Shown: in pieces, positions 1 to 11,000 of the stretch
How positions within the stretch are numbered: position 1 is the stretch's first letter
Layout of the letters: the number at the start of each line of letters is the position of its first letter
Source of the DNA: a virus
IMG/VR virus record: IMGVR_UViG_3300027763_000026
Direction: 5' to 3' (one strand)
Length of the DNA: 64,000 bases
Position numbers and translations under genes: made by a program
Notes under the pieces: generated by a model
What the model saw: only the letters and a program-made list of their open reading frames with translations
Databases searched by the model: none
What the model was told of the DNA's origin: nothing

Positions 1-403
1 TGCTTTCGCTATTTGTTTTCTTATATGAGAATCCATTTTCTGAAATTTCTAAACTATCAGAATTAGCTGATCCAGTTGTAGCGTTTTCTCCACTGGAAGA
101 AGTATCTTGATTTATTAAATTTAAATTATTAGATTTTCCTATCAATTTTATAATCTGTCTATCATAATAATGTATATTATACATTTTCTTAAAGATTGAT
201 TTTTCTATTATTGTGAACGTTTCTGGACTGATAGCATCTACTTCTAGGTCTAGAGTATTTATGGTGTATTTTTTGTTAATTAAAATATTTAATTTACCCA
301 AATTCGTTCTTAGCCAAAAAGCTATACTAGGGATACTAATATCACTTGGCTCGCCTAATTCGCGATAAATTTCGTCTGATATATCTACAATTTTATTGGT
401 CAT
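1..403 (-). CDS. Partial virion/head-completion-like hypothetical protein (runs off the window edge)
   Basis: Manually read open frame from ATG 403 (MTNKIVDISDEIYRELGEPSDISIPSIAFWLRTNLG...) to the edge; GTGTAA motif at 414-419 upstream. Confidence 0.7.
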   Translation of the reverse strand, partial: MTNKIVDISDEIYRELGEPSDISIPSIAFWLRTNLGKLNILINKKYTINTLDLEVDAISPETFTIIEKSIFKKMYNIHYYDRQIIKLIGKSNNLNLINQDTSSSGENATTGSANSDSLEISENGFSYKKTNSES

Positions 404-462
404 ATAATAGATATTACACTATATAATATTAAAAATTACCAATAACCTAAAGCTAATTTAGA

Positions 463-1683
463 TTAAAAACCATAAGTGGCAGGATTATAGTAATAATATC
501 CTAAACCCTGTGTTGTTTTTGCTATAGTTGGTGCTGAAAAACTAAATGATAGTTCATCCCCCTCTTCGTTTTCTCCAAATTGAATTCTTATTGGATAATA
601 AACTCCAGCAGTTAAACTTATTGGTGAAGATGCGACTTCACTAGGCCCATGTAATCCACCATTATTTACATTAGCATTAGCTGTTGTAAAGCCAGCAAGA
701 GCATTAGAGCCAATCCAAAGATAACTTGCATCATCTGAACTTGTGTAAAAAGTATAATTTTCAGTTGAACTTGCTTTAAAGTATCCAAGCCATTGCCAGC
801 TATAATAATCATCGTAACTAGTAAATCCATTTATTTCAGTTAATTGATTAACATCTCCATGAAGAGTTGCTGTATTAAACCAATTTACGTCATCATCAAA
901 ATATGAAAGGTATCTTTTACCATATAATCCATTAGAATAATTAATAGATGTATTAATTTTATTAATTTTAAATTTTTTGCCAATACTATTATACGTAGAC
1001 ACAGATGTAGCATTAACTACAAAAGTTTTTAGAGCATCAAATAAAGTAGCACTACCAATTTGAACTGCTGGATAATTACTTATTAGGAGATAAAAAGCAG
1101 TAACAGATTGACCATTTAAATTTGAAACATCTATTGTTTCATTTCCATTCTCATCGCCACTTTCAGTATAAGTAAAATTGATAGTTGGCTTGCTATTTGG
1201 ATAATATACAATAAAACATTCTACTATAGATGGGTCGTTCTGATTGTTATCTATGCTTTCACTAATATAAATAGAAAATTTTCTGCCTTGATAATCAAAG
1301 TCTTGTTGATATTGATATTTAGTTTCACTTCCGTCACTTCCATAATTGCCCTGAACACTTAAAGTAAAATTTGAAGTTTGTGTGGTTTTATATATAAAAG
1401 GATATGATGTATAACAAAAGGTATTTGCAGATTCAGTATCATATATTTGCGGCGCTCCATTCAAATAGACTGTATTTCCACCATCATACATATCACCTCC
1501 ACCATCACCAATATCATAGCTACCACCATCATATTCATAATTATAAAAATTAGTTATGCTTGATCTTAATATAGGCAAAACAGTGTTTCTTATGTATGTT
1601 GAATCTCTTATAAATGTTTGCGCATTAATTATTTGTAATTTTTTATTATTTGATGAATTTTTAGTGATTAGTAATTTAGGCAT
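463..1683 (-). CDS. PA14-domain protein, probably a virion carbohydrate-binding protein
   Basis: C-terminal YSWQWLGYFKA..YTFYTSSDDASYLWIG..GGLHG..YYPIRIQFGE motif typical of PA14 domains; GTGTAA upstream. Confidence 0.8.
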   Translation of the reverse strand: MPKLLITKNSSNNKKLQIINAQTFIRDSTYIRNTVLPILRSSITNFYNYEYDGGSYDIGDGGGDMYDGGNTVYLNGAPQIYDTESANTFCYTSYPFIYKTTQTSNFTLSVQGNYGSDGSETKYQYQQDFDYQGRKFSIYISESIDNNQNDPSIVECFIVYYPNSKPTINFTYTESGDENGNETIDVSNLNGQSVTAFYLLISNYPAVQIGSATLFDALKTFVVNATSVSTYNSIGKKFKINKINTSINYSNGLYGKRYLSYFDDDVNWFNTATLHGDVNQLTEINGFTSYDDYYSWQWLGYFKASSTENYTFYTSSDDASYLWIGSNALAGFTTANANVNNGGLHGPSEVASSPISLTAGVYYPIRIQFGENEEGDELSFSFSAPTIAKTTQGLGYYYYNPATYGF

Positions 1684-1746
1684 ATAATAGATATTACACT
1701 ATATATATTTAATTAAAAATAAAGTGTTTAAATTAAAAATAATATG

Positions 1747-2043
1747 CTACTCGTAACGAATAGCATCAATCTCTTCATTTGTTGTGCAATTTAATGCGGC
1801 TGCTTTGCATGCTAAATATTTGTTTCTGCACTCATTAATCCAGTTAAGAATCTGCGCTTTCTTTTCACCATCATAGATTCCATTCGCACAATTACGTTCA
1901 TCTGTTTCTGTGACTTTTGTGCGTATTAGTCTAGTAGTTTGTTCTGCCCACACCTCTTTTCGCTCTTCAATAGCTTCGGTTAATGTTCTGGTATCCTCGA
2001 CTCTTACGAGTTCACCATTTTGATAATATTCTTGGCGTGGCAT
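1747..2043 (-). CDS. Hypothetical protein (possible fibre-associated chaperone)
   Basis: 98-aa ORF in the structural operon. Confidence 0.65.
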   Translation of the reverse strand: MPRQEYYQNGELVRVEDTRTLTEAIEERKEVWAEQTTRLIRTKVTETDERNCANGIYDGEKKAQILNWINECRNKYLACKAAALNCTTNEEIDAIRYE

Positions 2044-2044
2044 A

Positions 2045-2689
2045 TTATTTTAAGAATACTCCAACGTATGAAGCAGCCGTATTACCGCCACCGACACCCG
2101 CATAGTCTATGGTTGTTGAAGTATAGTCAGCAGATAAATCTACATTATTACCAATATATAAATATGGAATTCCAGCATTATTATATTGAGTTGTTGGAGT
2201 TGTTCCATCAAATCCTGCTCCAATAGATCCTAATAATCCGCCTTCTCGCCCAACCCCATCCCAACCTCTAACATAGCAAGTATTATTGTCTGCAGTCCCT
2301 TTATTATTCATACCAAGGAAACTTATTCCTTTAGGGAGAACCCAAGTAGGAGAAAATGTTATAGTTTTTACACCTGTGGTAGTGCCGTCTATTCCTTGTG
2401 TTAAAGTGTTTGCTATTCGAGTGCTTGGGGCAAGTTGATTTGGTCTACAATTATATATTGCAAGTTGAATTAATGGGGTTCCTGTACTTGTTGCTGCAGT
2501 TGTTACTTCAATTTTAAGAGTTGTTATTACTCTTGCGGTGTTTGTGTAAATTGGTGTGAAAGAGACATAAGTACTAACGAGAAATAATCCATTTGCATTA
2601 GATCCATACGCGGCCATAGGGCCGACACATCTAGTTGAAGGAACTGTTAGATCGCCAAAAAGTTTATCTTTAGCTTGGAAAAGTGCCAT
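2045..2689 (-). CDS. Putative virion structural protein
   Basis: 214-aa G/T/N-rich beta-type ORF in the operon; similar in style to the C-terminus of 20751..21758. Confidence 0.65.
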   Translation of the reverse strand: MALFQAKDKLFGDLTVPSTRCVGPMAAYGSNANGLFLVSTYVSFTPIYTNTARVITTLKIEVTTAATSTGTPLIQLAIYNCRPNQLAPSTRIANTLTQGIDGTTTGVKTITFSPTWVLPKGISFLGMNNKGTADNNTCYVRGWDGVGREGGLLGSIGAGFDGTTPTTQYNNAGIPYLYIGNNVDLSADYTSTTIDYAGVGGGNTAASYVGVFLK

Positions 2690-2698
2690 GGCGTTATC

Positions 2699-3010
2699 CT
2701 AGTTTACTTCAGTCACTCTAGCTGTACCAGCTACTGCAAATATGGCCGTATGAATAAGAGTAGTTTGATTTACTGGACATTCCCAGTAGTCCCCTGCTGA
2801 TAAGCGTACCTGATAAACCCCTGTGGTGCATGTTCCTCCAGCTGAAATATGTAAATTTCCAGCCCCTTCATTGAATACTGTTAAAACTTCTCTATTTAAG
2901 TCAGCTGCAACAAGGGTAGCAGAACCTGTATTAGTGAAATTACTAGATATGACTCTTGATCCTTGAACAGCAAAAGCGTTAACTGTGGAGACTGGATTGT
3001 TTGATATCAT
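2699..3010 (-). CDS. Small beta-sandwich virion protein
   Basis: NREVLTVFNEGAGNLHI motif shared with 40684..41022 and the C-terminus of 7191..8045; GTGTAA upstream. Confidence 0.7.
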   Translation of the reverse strand: MISNNPVSTVNAFAVQGSRVISSNFTNTGSATLVAADLNREVLTVFNEGAGNLHISAGGTCTTGVYQVRLSAGDYWECPVNQTTLIHTAIFAVAGTARVTEVN

Positions 3011-3034
3011 ATATATTTTTATTACACTTTTTTA

Positions 3035-3865
3035 TTATGGTAATCCCAAACCTTCGCCCAGTGTAGATTTATAGAGATTCTGTATTTGTAATAATTGAGA
3101 TTGAGTTAATGGTATTCCAGAAAACCATGCTTGAAATGAAGCGATTTCATTTCTTATTGAACCTTGAAAACCAAACAACCAATAAAGATTTGAACCAAAA
3201 GTATAAGGCAAAGTGCCAGAACCAGAAGAAGTTGTATTTCTTGTGAAATTAAGTTGCACAAAACCAGTAGAATTAACAGGATCTGATAAATCTGAAACTC
3301 CTGCAGATGCATAATAAAAACCTATACCAACATTAGTAACATTTTGATTTCCTTTTTGTCGTGTGCCGCCTGTTAAACCAGTAAAATTTATTACTCCATT
3401 TCCAGTTGGTCCATATATGGCATGATTGACTCCTCTGGTTGGATTTGATGATAAATATTGAAATAAACCAAACAAGTGAGAATTGTTATTACTTGCTATT
3501 GTTGAAAGAATAGAAAGAGAAGTAAAATTACCAGCATTAATTGAAGCGCCGCTAAGTGATATATATTGATTTGGATCATTTAAAATAATTCCACTGGCAC
3601 CCCAAGTTGGATTACTTATTAATGTACCATTTAATATACCAAAACCACCAAGTGAATAGGCTATTGTTCCACTTCCAGCATTTTGATTTGCTTTTAACGG
3701 CCAGCAAATCATATTATACCATAAACCCATTTTTTTAATTGAAATTACAAATTGATTTAATTGTCTTAAACTTTGCATGCTTAGACTTTGATTGCCGCCA
3801 GCTACTATTCTAGCGTTATAAGCTAATACATCAAGATCAATGCCATATGTTCTATTAGTTATCAT
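3035..3865 (-). CDS. Tandem paralog 5 of 5, putative LamG/concanavalin-like virion protein
   Basis: Shared N-terminal D.D...Y..R...G...NAGSG motif and C-terminal K.T.GKGL.LP motif. Confidence 0.75.
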   Translation of the reverse strand: MITNRTYGIDLDVLAYNARIVAGGNQSLSMQSLRQLNQFVISIKKMGLWYNMICWPLKANQNAGSGTIAYSLGGFGILNGTLISNPTWGASGIILNDPNQYISLSGASINAGNFTSLSILSTIASNNNSHLFGLFQYLSSNPTRGVNHAIYGPTGNGVINFTGLTGGTRQKGNQNVTNVGIGFYYASAGVSDLSDPVNSTGFVQLNFTRNTTSSGSGTLPYTFGSNLYWLFGFQGSIRNEIASFQAWFSGIPLTQSQLLQIQNLYKSTLGEGLGLP

Positions 3866-4722
3866 GGTAGAGCTATTCCTTTGCCAATTGTATTTTTAAA
3901 TAAACTTTCAAAACTTGCAAAATTAACGTCAATATCAAAAAAACAATTAAAAATTTGAGTTCCTTGGAAACCTACTCCATAATTTCCATTTACGCCTTGC
4001 GTAAGAGGACTCCCATAATTATTTATTCTACCATTAAAAACAAATCCATTATAAATTAATGGCTTTTCAAGATTTGTTCCTGTAGCAGATGTAGTAGTTG
4101 AACTTGAATTTCTACTTTCTACTTTTATTTGAGAAGGATTAAAAGATCCTTTAATTATCTTATACAATGTATTACCTTGTATATTTAAAGCGCTGCTATT
4201 ATCATTAAAGCTTGATGACCAAGTATTTCCATTCTGTCCATAAGATAATATAGAAAAACTAGCGCCAGATTCTGCTGGTCTATAACCATTTAAATTTGTT
4301 AAAGAAAATACATATGGATAACCACTTGTAAAATTCTCCATAGGAGAGTTGCTCATAAAAATAGAAAAAATACTACAATTATTTAATGTATTTGTTTTTA
4401 AATTCCCAGTTATATAATTAGAAAGAGAATTTGTGGCATTTGGTGTACATATTAATCCTCTATCATTCCAAACTGCTGTTGAGATACTATTGATTGTACC
4501 ATTATTAAAACTATCTCTAAAAGAATAAAGAATATTACCACTTCCTGCGTTGTGATTTTTTCTAAAAAACCAAGCTTCTATCATATTGCCATAAATACCA
4601 AGATCTTTTAATCCTCTAATAAATTGATCTACAGAATATATATCAGAAGGAGTTGTAATGCCATTGTAATTAAGGCGCTTTATGTATTTTTTTGTATCGT
4701 TGTCTAATTGATAAAATCTCAT
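3862..4722 (-). CDS. Tandem paralog 4 of 5, putative LamG-like virion protein
   Basis: Same conserved termini; 4-nt start/stop overlaps with neighbours. Confidence 0.75.
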   Translation of the reverse strand: MRFYQLDNDTKKYIKRLNYNGITTPSDIYSVDQFIRGLKDLGIYGNMIEAWFFRKNHNAGSGNILYSFRDSFNNGTINSISTAVWNDRGLICTPNATNSLSNYITGNLKTNTLNNCSIFSIFMSNSPMENFTSGYPYVFSLTNLNGYRPAESGASFSILSYGQNGNTWSSSFNDNSSALNIQGNTLYKIIKGSFNPSQIKVESRNSSSTTTSATGTNLEKPLIYNGFVFNGRINNYGSPLTQGVNGNYGVGFQGTQIFNCFFDIDVNFASFESLFKNTIGKGIALP

Positions 4723-5519
4723 GGTATGTTTAACATCTTTCCGCTAGTGACTTTAATTAAATTATAAATACTTGTAACTTCAGAATCAGAAAGGTTTCTA
4801 TCAAAAAAAAGAGCAGAATGAAGAATTGCACTACTTGGCGACTCATTACCTTTTATTCTATAAAATGCTCTAGTTGTATTAAAACCATCATCTACTGTAG
4901 CATATGAACTTCCTGTAAGAAAAGCGTTATTAAAAGCATATCTTAATGGACCTCTTTTATCTGGCATCACAAAAGATGCAAAATTAAATCTTAAATTTTT
5001 AGCATTACCTGCAGTTTGACTAGAAGAAATAATACCTGTCCAATTTTTTCCGTAGGAGACATAACTCAATCTACTATCTGATAAACTAGTGCTCAATAGA
5101 GCAAATTGATTTCCATTAGTACCAGGTCCTGCTGTATAAAAGATTGTTGGAGCTATTACATTAACTTCAGCATTTGATCTAAATATACATATAAAAGTAC
5201 ATGGCGCAAAAGGCATTAAAAAGTTTGTGTTTATAACGCTACTTGATCCATTGGTTAGTTCTATTCCATCTGTTCTTCTATTATGACCCCCAGAAATAGT
5301 TCCATTATTTAAATTATTTCTAAAACTATAAACTGTTCCACTTCCAGCATTCTGTAAATTAGAATAAAAATAAGCTTCAGTAAAGTCTTGTAAATTTAAA
5401 TCCTTTAATCCAACAATAAAATCATTAACAGAATAAATATCAGCTGGAGTTTTAATTCCATCAACGGCCATTCTTTTTAAATAGGCTTTTGTGTCTCTGT
5501 CTAGTTTATAATATTTCAT
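4719..5519 (-). CDS. Tandem paralog 3 of 5, putative LamG-like virion protein
   Basis: Same conserved termini; 4-nt overlaps. Confidence 0.75.
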   Translation of the reverse strand: MKYYKLDRDTKAYLKRMAVDGIKTPADIYSVNDFIVGLKDLNLQDFTEAYFYSNLQNAGSGTVYSFRNNLNNGTISGGHNRRTDGIELTNGSSSVINTNFLMPFAPCTFICIFRSNAEVNVIAPTIFYTAGPGTNGNQFALLSTSLSDSRLSYVSYGKNWTGIISSSQTAGNAKNLRFNFASFVMPDKRGPLRYAFNNAFLTGSSYATVDDGFNTTRAFYRIKGNESPSSAILHSALFFDRNLSDSEVTSIYNLIKVTSGKMLNIP

Positions 5520-6373
5520 ATCACAACACCTTTTCCTATAGTAGATTTAACTATATTATAAAAAATAACATGCTCTGCTGCGGTTAAAGCCCTTTTGTGT
5601 AAAAATGTGGCGCTATTTTTTAATCCAGTAAATACACTTCCATAATTTTTAAAAGCAGCGCTAGTTCTATCATTAGTCGTAGCTGCGTTAGTAAGAAAAT
5701 CATTTAATTTTGGGCTACCAGAATTATTTGTATAAATAGTTTTTGAGGTACCATTTCTATACATTAATTTTGTATAAGAACCAAAACATTCTTGAGAAAA
5801 AGTTAACATATGGTAATTACTAGAAATCATATTTGGAAATTCTCTTATTTCTGCCGCCGCAATTGCAGAGCCTTCTTGCAAATCAATTGTTATATTGTGG
5901 CTAGTTGCATCAAAATAGATTCTACTCTGAACGGGTGAACGATCTGGACCAGTAGATATTTCTGCATTGGTAAATCCTACAATTCCAAAATATGCTGTGC
6001 TAGCAGTTTTAGAGAGAAATGCTGGTATATACGATATTGTATATCCATCTCCTAATGTTAAATTACTAAAATTATAAAAAAATGCTGCGGAATTAGCTGA
6101 ACTAAAATTCATTCCTGAACTTTCCCAAGTTGGTCCATTTGTTAATGTCGCATTAAATAAATTATTTTTTAAACTATATAATGTCGTTCCACCCCCAGCA
6201 TTATGAATACTTCTCATAAGCCAACAGTCAACAAGATCTATCCATAATCCATAAATTTTTAATGCTTTTACAAAATCACTAACACTATTAATATCAGTTG
6301 GACATTTATATCCAGCATCTACTATGCGCTTTGCATAATTTTTAACATCAATATCAAGATCGTAAAATCTCAT
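5516..6373 (-). CDS. Tandem paralog 2 of 5, putative LamG-like virion protein
   Basis: Same conserved termini; 4-nt overlaps. Confidence 0.75.
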   Translation of the reverse strand: MRFYDLDIDVKNYAKRIVDAGYKCPTDINSVSDFVKALKIYGLWIDLVDCWLMRSIHNAGGGTTLYSLKNNLFNATLTNGPTWESSGMNFSSANSAAFFYNFSNLTLGDGYTISYIPAFLSKTASTAYFGIVGFTNAEISTGPDRSPVQSRIYFDATSHNITIDLQEGSAIAAAEIREFPNMISSNYHMLTFSQECFGSYTKLMYRNGTSKTIYTNNSGSPKLNDFLTNAATTNDRTSAAFKNYGSVFTGLKNSATFLHKRALTAAEHVIFYNIVKSTIGKGVVI

Positions 6374-7191
6374 GGTAAATTTAATCCTTTCCCAATTGTG
6401 CTTTTAACTATACTATAAACTGCGCTTACATTTGCTGCTGAAAGATAATCATTAAAAATAAAACAATGAGAAAAAGTACCTTGATATCCGCCAGCATATC
6501 TACCAAAAGTTAAAGAAGCGTTTGTAGTATTATTAGGTAATTGTTGATATCCTTGGCTTGTGTCCCCTGCTGATGCTGCTCCATTGCTTGCTATTGATGT
6601 TGCATTTCTATAACCAATAGTTCTTTTTCCTACTCCACCAGTACTATTCCACATATTAAAACCTGTGTTTGTATTATCGCTAGTACTTGAATAAGATCCA
6701 TCTGCACCTCCATATCTATATTCACCGCCATAACTTGTTCTTGGGTTAACCCAAATAAAAATATATATTGGACTTTCAGTATTAGCAACTAACATATTAC
6801 CCAAACTACCACTAATAGGACAAGTTCCTATACAAAATGCACTAATTTGTTTTTGAGCAACTAATTTTTTCCAATTTTCATTAGAGTTGCAAATAATATA
6901 ATCATTTGATCCATCAAATATTATTCCAGCTGGACTCCAAAGTGGACCATTTACCATTGTAGCAATATTATTAATATCTTTTAAAGGATACACAATAGTT
7001 CCAGATCCAATATTATGAACGCTTCTAAAAAACCAAGCTTCAGAGAGCGAATTCCACAAATTGTTTTGTTTTAATCTTCTTATAAAATCACTAACACTAC
7101 CTATATCAGACGGAATTCTTCCGCCAGCTTTTACAATATTGTTTGCGTAAGCTTTTGCATCAACATCAATATCATAGTATCTTTTATACAT
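6370..7191 (-). CDS. Tandem paralog 1 of 5, putative LamG-like virion protein
   Basis: Start moved to ATG 7191 (TAATG overlap with the upstream stop); GIIFDGSNDYI LamG-like strand. Confidence 0.75.
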   Translation of the reverse strand: MYKRYYDIDVDAKAYANNIVKAGGRIPSDIGSVSDFIRRLKQNNLWNSLSEAWFFRSVHNIGSGTIVYPLKDINNIATMVNGPLWSPAGIIFDGSNDYIICNSNENWKKLVAQKQISAFCIGTCPISGSLGNMLVANTESPIYIFIWVNPRTSYGGEYRYGGADGSYSSTSDNTNTGFNMWNSTGGVGKRTIGYRNATSIASNGAASAGDTSQGYQQLPNNTTNASLTFGRYAGGYQGTFSHCFIFNDYLSAANVSAVYSIVKSTIGKGLNLP

Positions 7192-8045
7192 TAAACTAGT
7201 TCCCAAGAAATATATTTAATATTAACATTAGGATATTGAGCAACACTAACTGGACCATTATACTTTGGAGTAAAATCAATAAAGCTTCCGCCATTATTAT
7301 CAAATTCAGTATTTCCACCTTTTAATACAATATTAAAACTACTACCAGTTATAACAGATCCAGTTACGCCAAAACTAACGCCAGTTGTTACTGTTGCTCC
7401 TGCGCCAAATTTGAGATAAATATTTCCTGTGCCATAATTAGTAATGCCCCAACCTAATCTACTGTTATTGCCACTTAGTATTGTGCCAACTCCAGTTTGA
7501 ATAGAATAATTACTAGCATAACCACCAACTGGAGGAAATGCTGTGACACTATCAATATCTTTATCAAGATCTGCTTGAAGAGTTAGTGCGCCACCGCCTT
7601 GGGAATCAATGTTTAATACTGCATTTGCATTTCTGCCATATTGAGGGAAAAATCCAGAAGCCACATCAACTGCTCGTCCTCCAACAGACTGATAATCAAA
7701 TCTTATTCCACTTGAATACAACCCAGTGCTTGTTCCAGACCCAGTTATATATCCAGTTAGATAACCACTTGCAAAATCAATATCTTCTGTAGGAGCATCA
7801 TAAAATATCTGAAGTCTATCAGCATTAGCCATTGATGTTGTGTTATAACCAAGTAAAAATCCACTAGTAGAATTAACCGCTCCAGTTGCGGCTGTATCTG
7901 CAAAATTATAAATTATTTGGCCTTTACTTACATTTGTTATTAATAGTAAATTATCAAGAATTACTGGATTAGTTGGGCCGTATTCAGTAAAATTAACTAC
8001 TCTGCTACTTGCTAAGAACTGGTATCCTGTTATAAGTTTTTTCAT
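7191..8045 (-). CDS. Virion structural protein (N-terminal LLLITN..IIYNFAD domain plus C-terminal small beta-sandwich)
   Basis: 284-aa ORF directly downstream of the long fibre gene; GTGTAA upstream. Confidence 0.7.
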   Translation of the reverse strand: MKKLITGYQFLASSRVVNFTEYGPTNPVILDNLLLITNVSKGQIIYNFADTAATGAVNSTSGFLLGYNTTSMANADRLQIFYDAPTEDIDFASGYLTGYITGSGTSTGLYSSGIRFDYQSVGGRAVDVASGFFPQYGRNANAVLNIDSQGGGALTLQADLDKDIDSVTAFPPVGGYASNYSIQTGVGTILSGNNSRLGWGITNYGTGNIYLKFGAGATVTTGVSFGVTGSVITGSSFNIVLKGGNTEFDNNGGSFIDFTPKYNGPVSVAQYPNVNIKYISWELV

Positions 8046-8074
8046 ATATGTTTAAATAGATTACACCTTTTATA

Positions 8075-11000
8075 TTATAGGGCTATAGCATATGCTAATG
8101 CTAATTTTTTTGAGTTCTCAATTTGAGAGTAAATATCATAATTGCCACTAATATTAAGAAATGAAAATATTCCGGTTCCATTTGCTACTGTTAAATTCAT
8201 ACCAGAAACGGTCATTTCATCTACAAATATAGATGTATCAAAAAAAGTACCAGTTCCAGAAACGCTAATGTTATTTATAAATGTTTTATTACCAGAAATA
8301 GTTTGATCACCAAATCTTAAAACTGAAACCCCACTTAAATTATTGATTTTTGTATCAAGAGTAGAGCCTGTACTTGCAAGGTTAGTAATGGTAGAATAAT
8401 TTGAAGTTAATGTTCCGCTCAACGAACCAATACTATTAACTAATGTAGAGCCAGTACTAGCAAGATTAGTGATTGTGGCATAGGAATTGCTAAGATTATT
8501 TATATTTGTTTGAAGTGTTGATCCAGTGCTTGCTAGATTAGTTATAGTTGCATAAGTGCTAGAAGCAGATGAAGTCGTAAGATAATTCCCAGTTAATGTA
8601 CCACTCAATGAATTTATATTAGAATTCAAAGTAGAACCAGTAGAAACTAAATTAGCTGAAGTAGCATAAAGAGCTGGAGTTACTTGTACGCCACTTACTT
8701 GTAGTCCCATTCCATTTTGAAAATTAACATTATTATTATCTATTGAAACAGCAAGTCTTTGAGATGGACTGCCAAAAAAATCGCCTCTTCGATATATGTT
8801 TATATTTTTTGATGATAACGCTGTTCCACCATCTGATGTGCCATTAATATTTATATCACCAAACATATTAATTTTACCGTTGTAACTTGTAGATACTCCT
8901 GCTTCAAGAACAATATTTCCAGCGGCTCCATTCTGATCAATTGAAGGTTTTATAGTTATATCTGCAGTAGCACTAGTCTTTGCGCCGCCAATAGTAATAC
9001 TTGCACCAGTTTTTAATATATTTGGTGCAACTCCACTCAAACTACCACCCATTAAAATGAGATCACTCGCATTAATGCTTGATGCGCCCACGCCTGAACC
9101 TGCTATAATATTTAAAGTTGAGCCAAAAATACCAGAAATATACGAAGTACTTAATCCATTATTAAAAGTTTTAAGTCCAGATATTATTTGATTTCCAGTT
9201 GTAAATACTATATTACTAGATGAGGAATTTATATAACCACTGAGATTATTTATATTAGTTTGTAATGTTGCGCCAGTAGCAGCAAGGTTAGTAGCTAAAG
9301 TACTACCAGTACTGGCAAGATTTGAGATAGTGGCATAAGTAGATGTTAAAGTACCACTTAATGAACTAATACTAGAGTTTAAAGTTGATCCAGTACTAGC
9401 TAAATTCGTAACTAATGTAGTTCCAGTCAAAGCGACATTCGAAATGGTAGCGTAAGTGTTGCTTAAGTTATCGATGTTCGTTTGCAAGGTCGAGCCAGTA
9501 CTCGCAAGATTAGCTGAAGTAGCATAAAGAGCTGGAGTTACAGCAACACCACTAATTCTAAATCCAAAATTATTAGATGGACTTGATACTGGTGGATTAT
9601 TTATCGAAATATTATCATTATCGATAGTAATTGCACTATAAATTCCAGGAAGTCCTATACTACTTATGCCTGTTCTATAAATGTTAATTGATTTAGCAAC
9701 ACGAGGAGAACTAATATTATTAATGTCTATATTGCCAATCGCACTAATTGTTCCATATATTGATGCGCTAGTAAATGGTGCCATGCCTGTCCCTGCGGTT
9801 AAATTAATATTATTTGCTAGCGCAGAGCCAAATCCTGGAACTGCTGTACCAGAAGTAAAAGCGCTTATATTTATATTTTGACTTGGAGGACCAAAAATAT
9901 CAGTAACACCAGTTAATATTGTGTTTCTTAATATACCAGAATTTGTGGCTTGAGAACCTATAATTAAATTATTATTTTGCCAACCAAAAACTCCAAATTC
10001 ACCAGAATTTGTGCCAGTTCTATTAAAAACTCTTAAGCTTTGAGGATTTCCACTATTAATTATATCTATGCCAGTTGCAAAACTTTTTATTCCAGATATA
10101 GTTTGATTTCCAGTTGTATAAACAATATTACTGCTTGAAGAATTTATGTAGCCACTAAGATTATTTATTTTAACATCAAGAGTAGATCCAGTAGTGGCGA
10201 GATTAGTAATAGTAGCGTAAGTAGAAGTCAATGTTCCGCTTAATGAGCTGATACTAGCAACAAGAGTCGATCCAGTATTCGCGAGTTGAATATCGCTAGC
10301 GAAAGTCGTATCAAGATTTCCTGTAAATCCAGTGAACAATCCACTTAAGGAAACGATATTGTTATTTAAAGTTGAACCAGTACTTGCGAGATTTGTTACA
10401 GTAGCATATGGAGTTAAATCAACTCCAGTTAGTACTGCGTTGCCATTAACAAAAAGTCCACTAGTAAAATTACCACTTCCATAAACTGTGAAATTATTAC
10501 CAGAAATAACCAAAAAGTCACCTTGCGCCGAGTCGCCAAATGTTGTGTCTTGAGCAAAACTTTTGACTCCAGAAATAGTTTGATTTCCTGTTGTAAAAAC
10601 AATATTACTAGATGTTGAATTTATATAACCACTTAGATTATTTATTTTTGTATCAAGAGTCAATCCAGTACTTGCAAGATTAGTAACTAAAGTACTTCCA
10701 GTTAAACCGAGATTTGTTATGGTAGCATAAGTGTTGCTAAGATTATTTATATTTGTTTGGAGAGTTGAACCTGTGCTGGCTAGATTTGTAGATAGTGTGC
10801 TTCCAGTTGAAGCAAGATTTATTATGGTTGAGTACTTGCCATCAACAAAACCACTATAAGTAGTAATATCTTGAACTGATGCTATATCAGGTAAAGTTGA
10901 AAGGTCGCTATTTCTGGTACTAACTCCAAATTTAAATTTATTGCTATGATCAAATCCTATAATTGGACCACTATCATTTATTCCAGTTAATCCACTTCCA

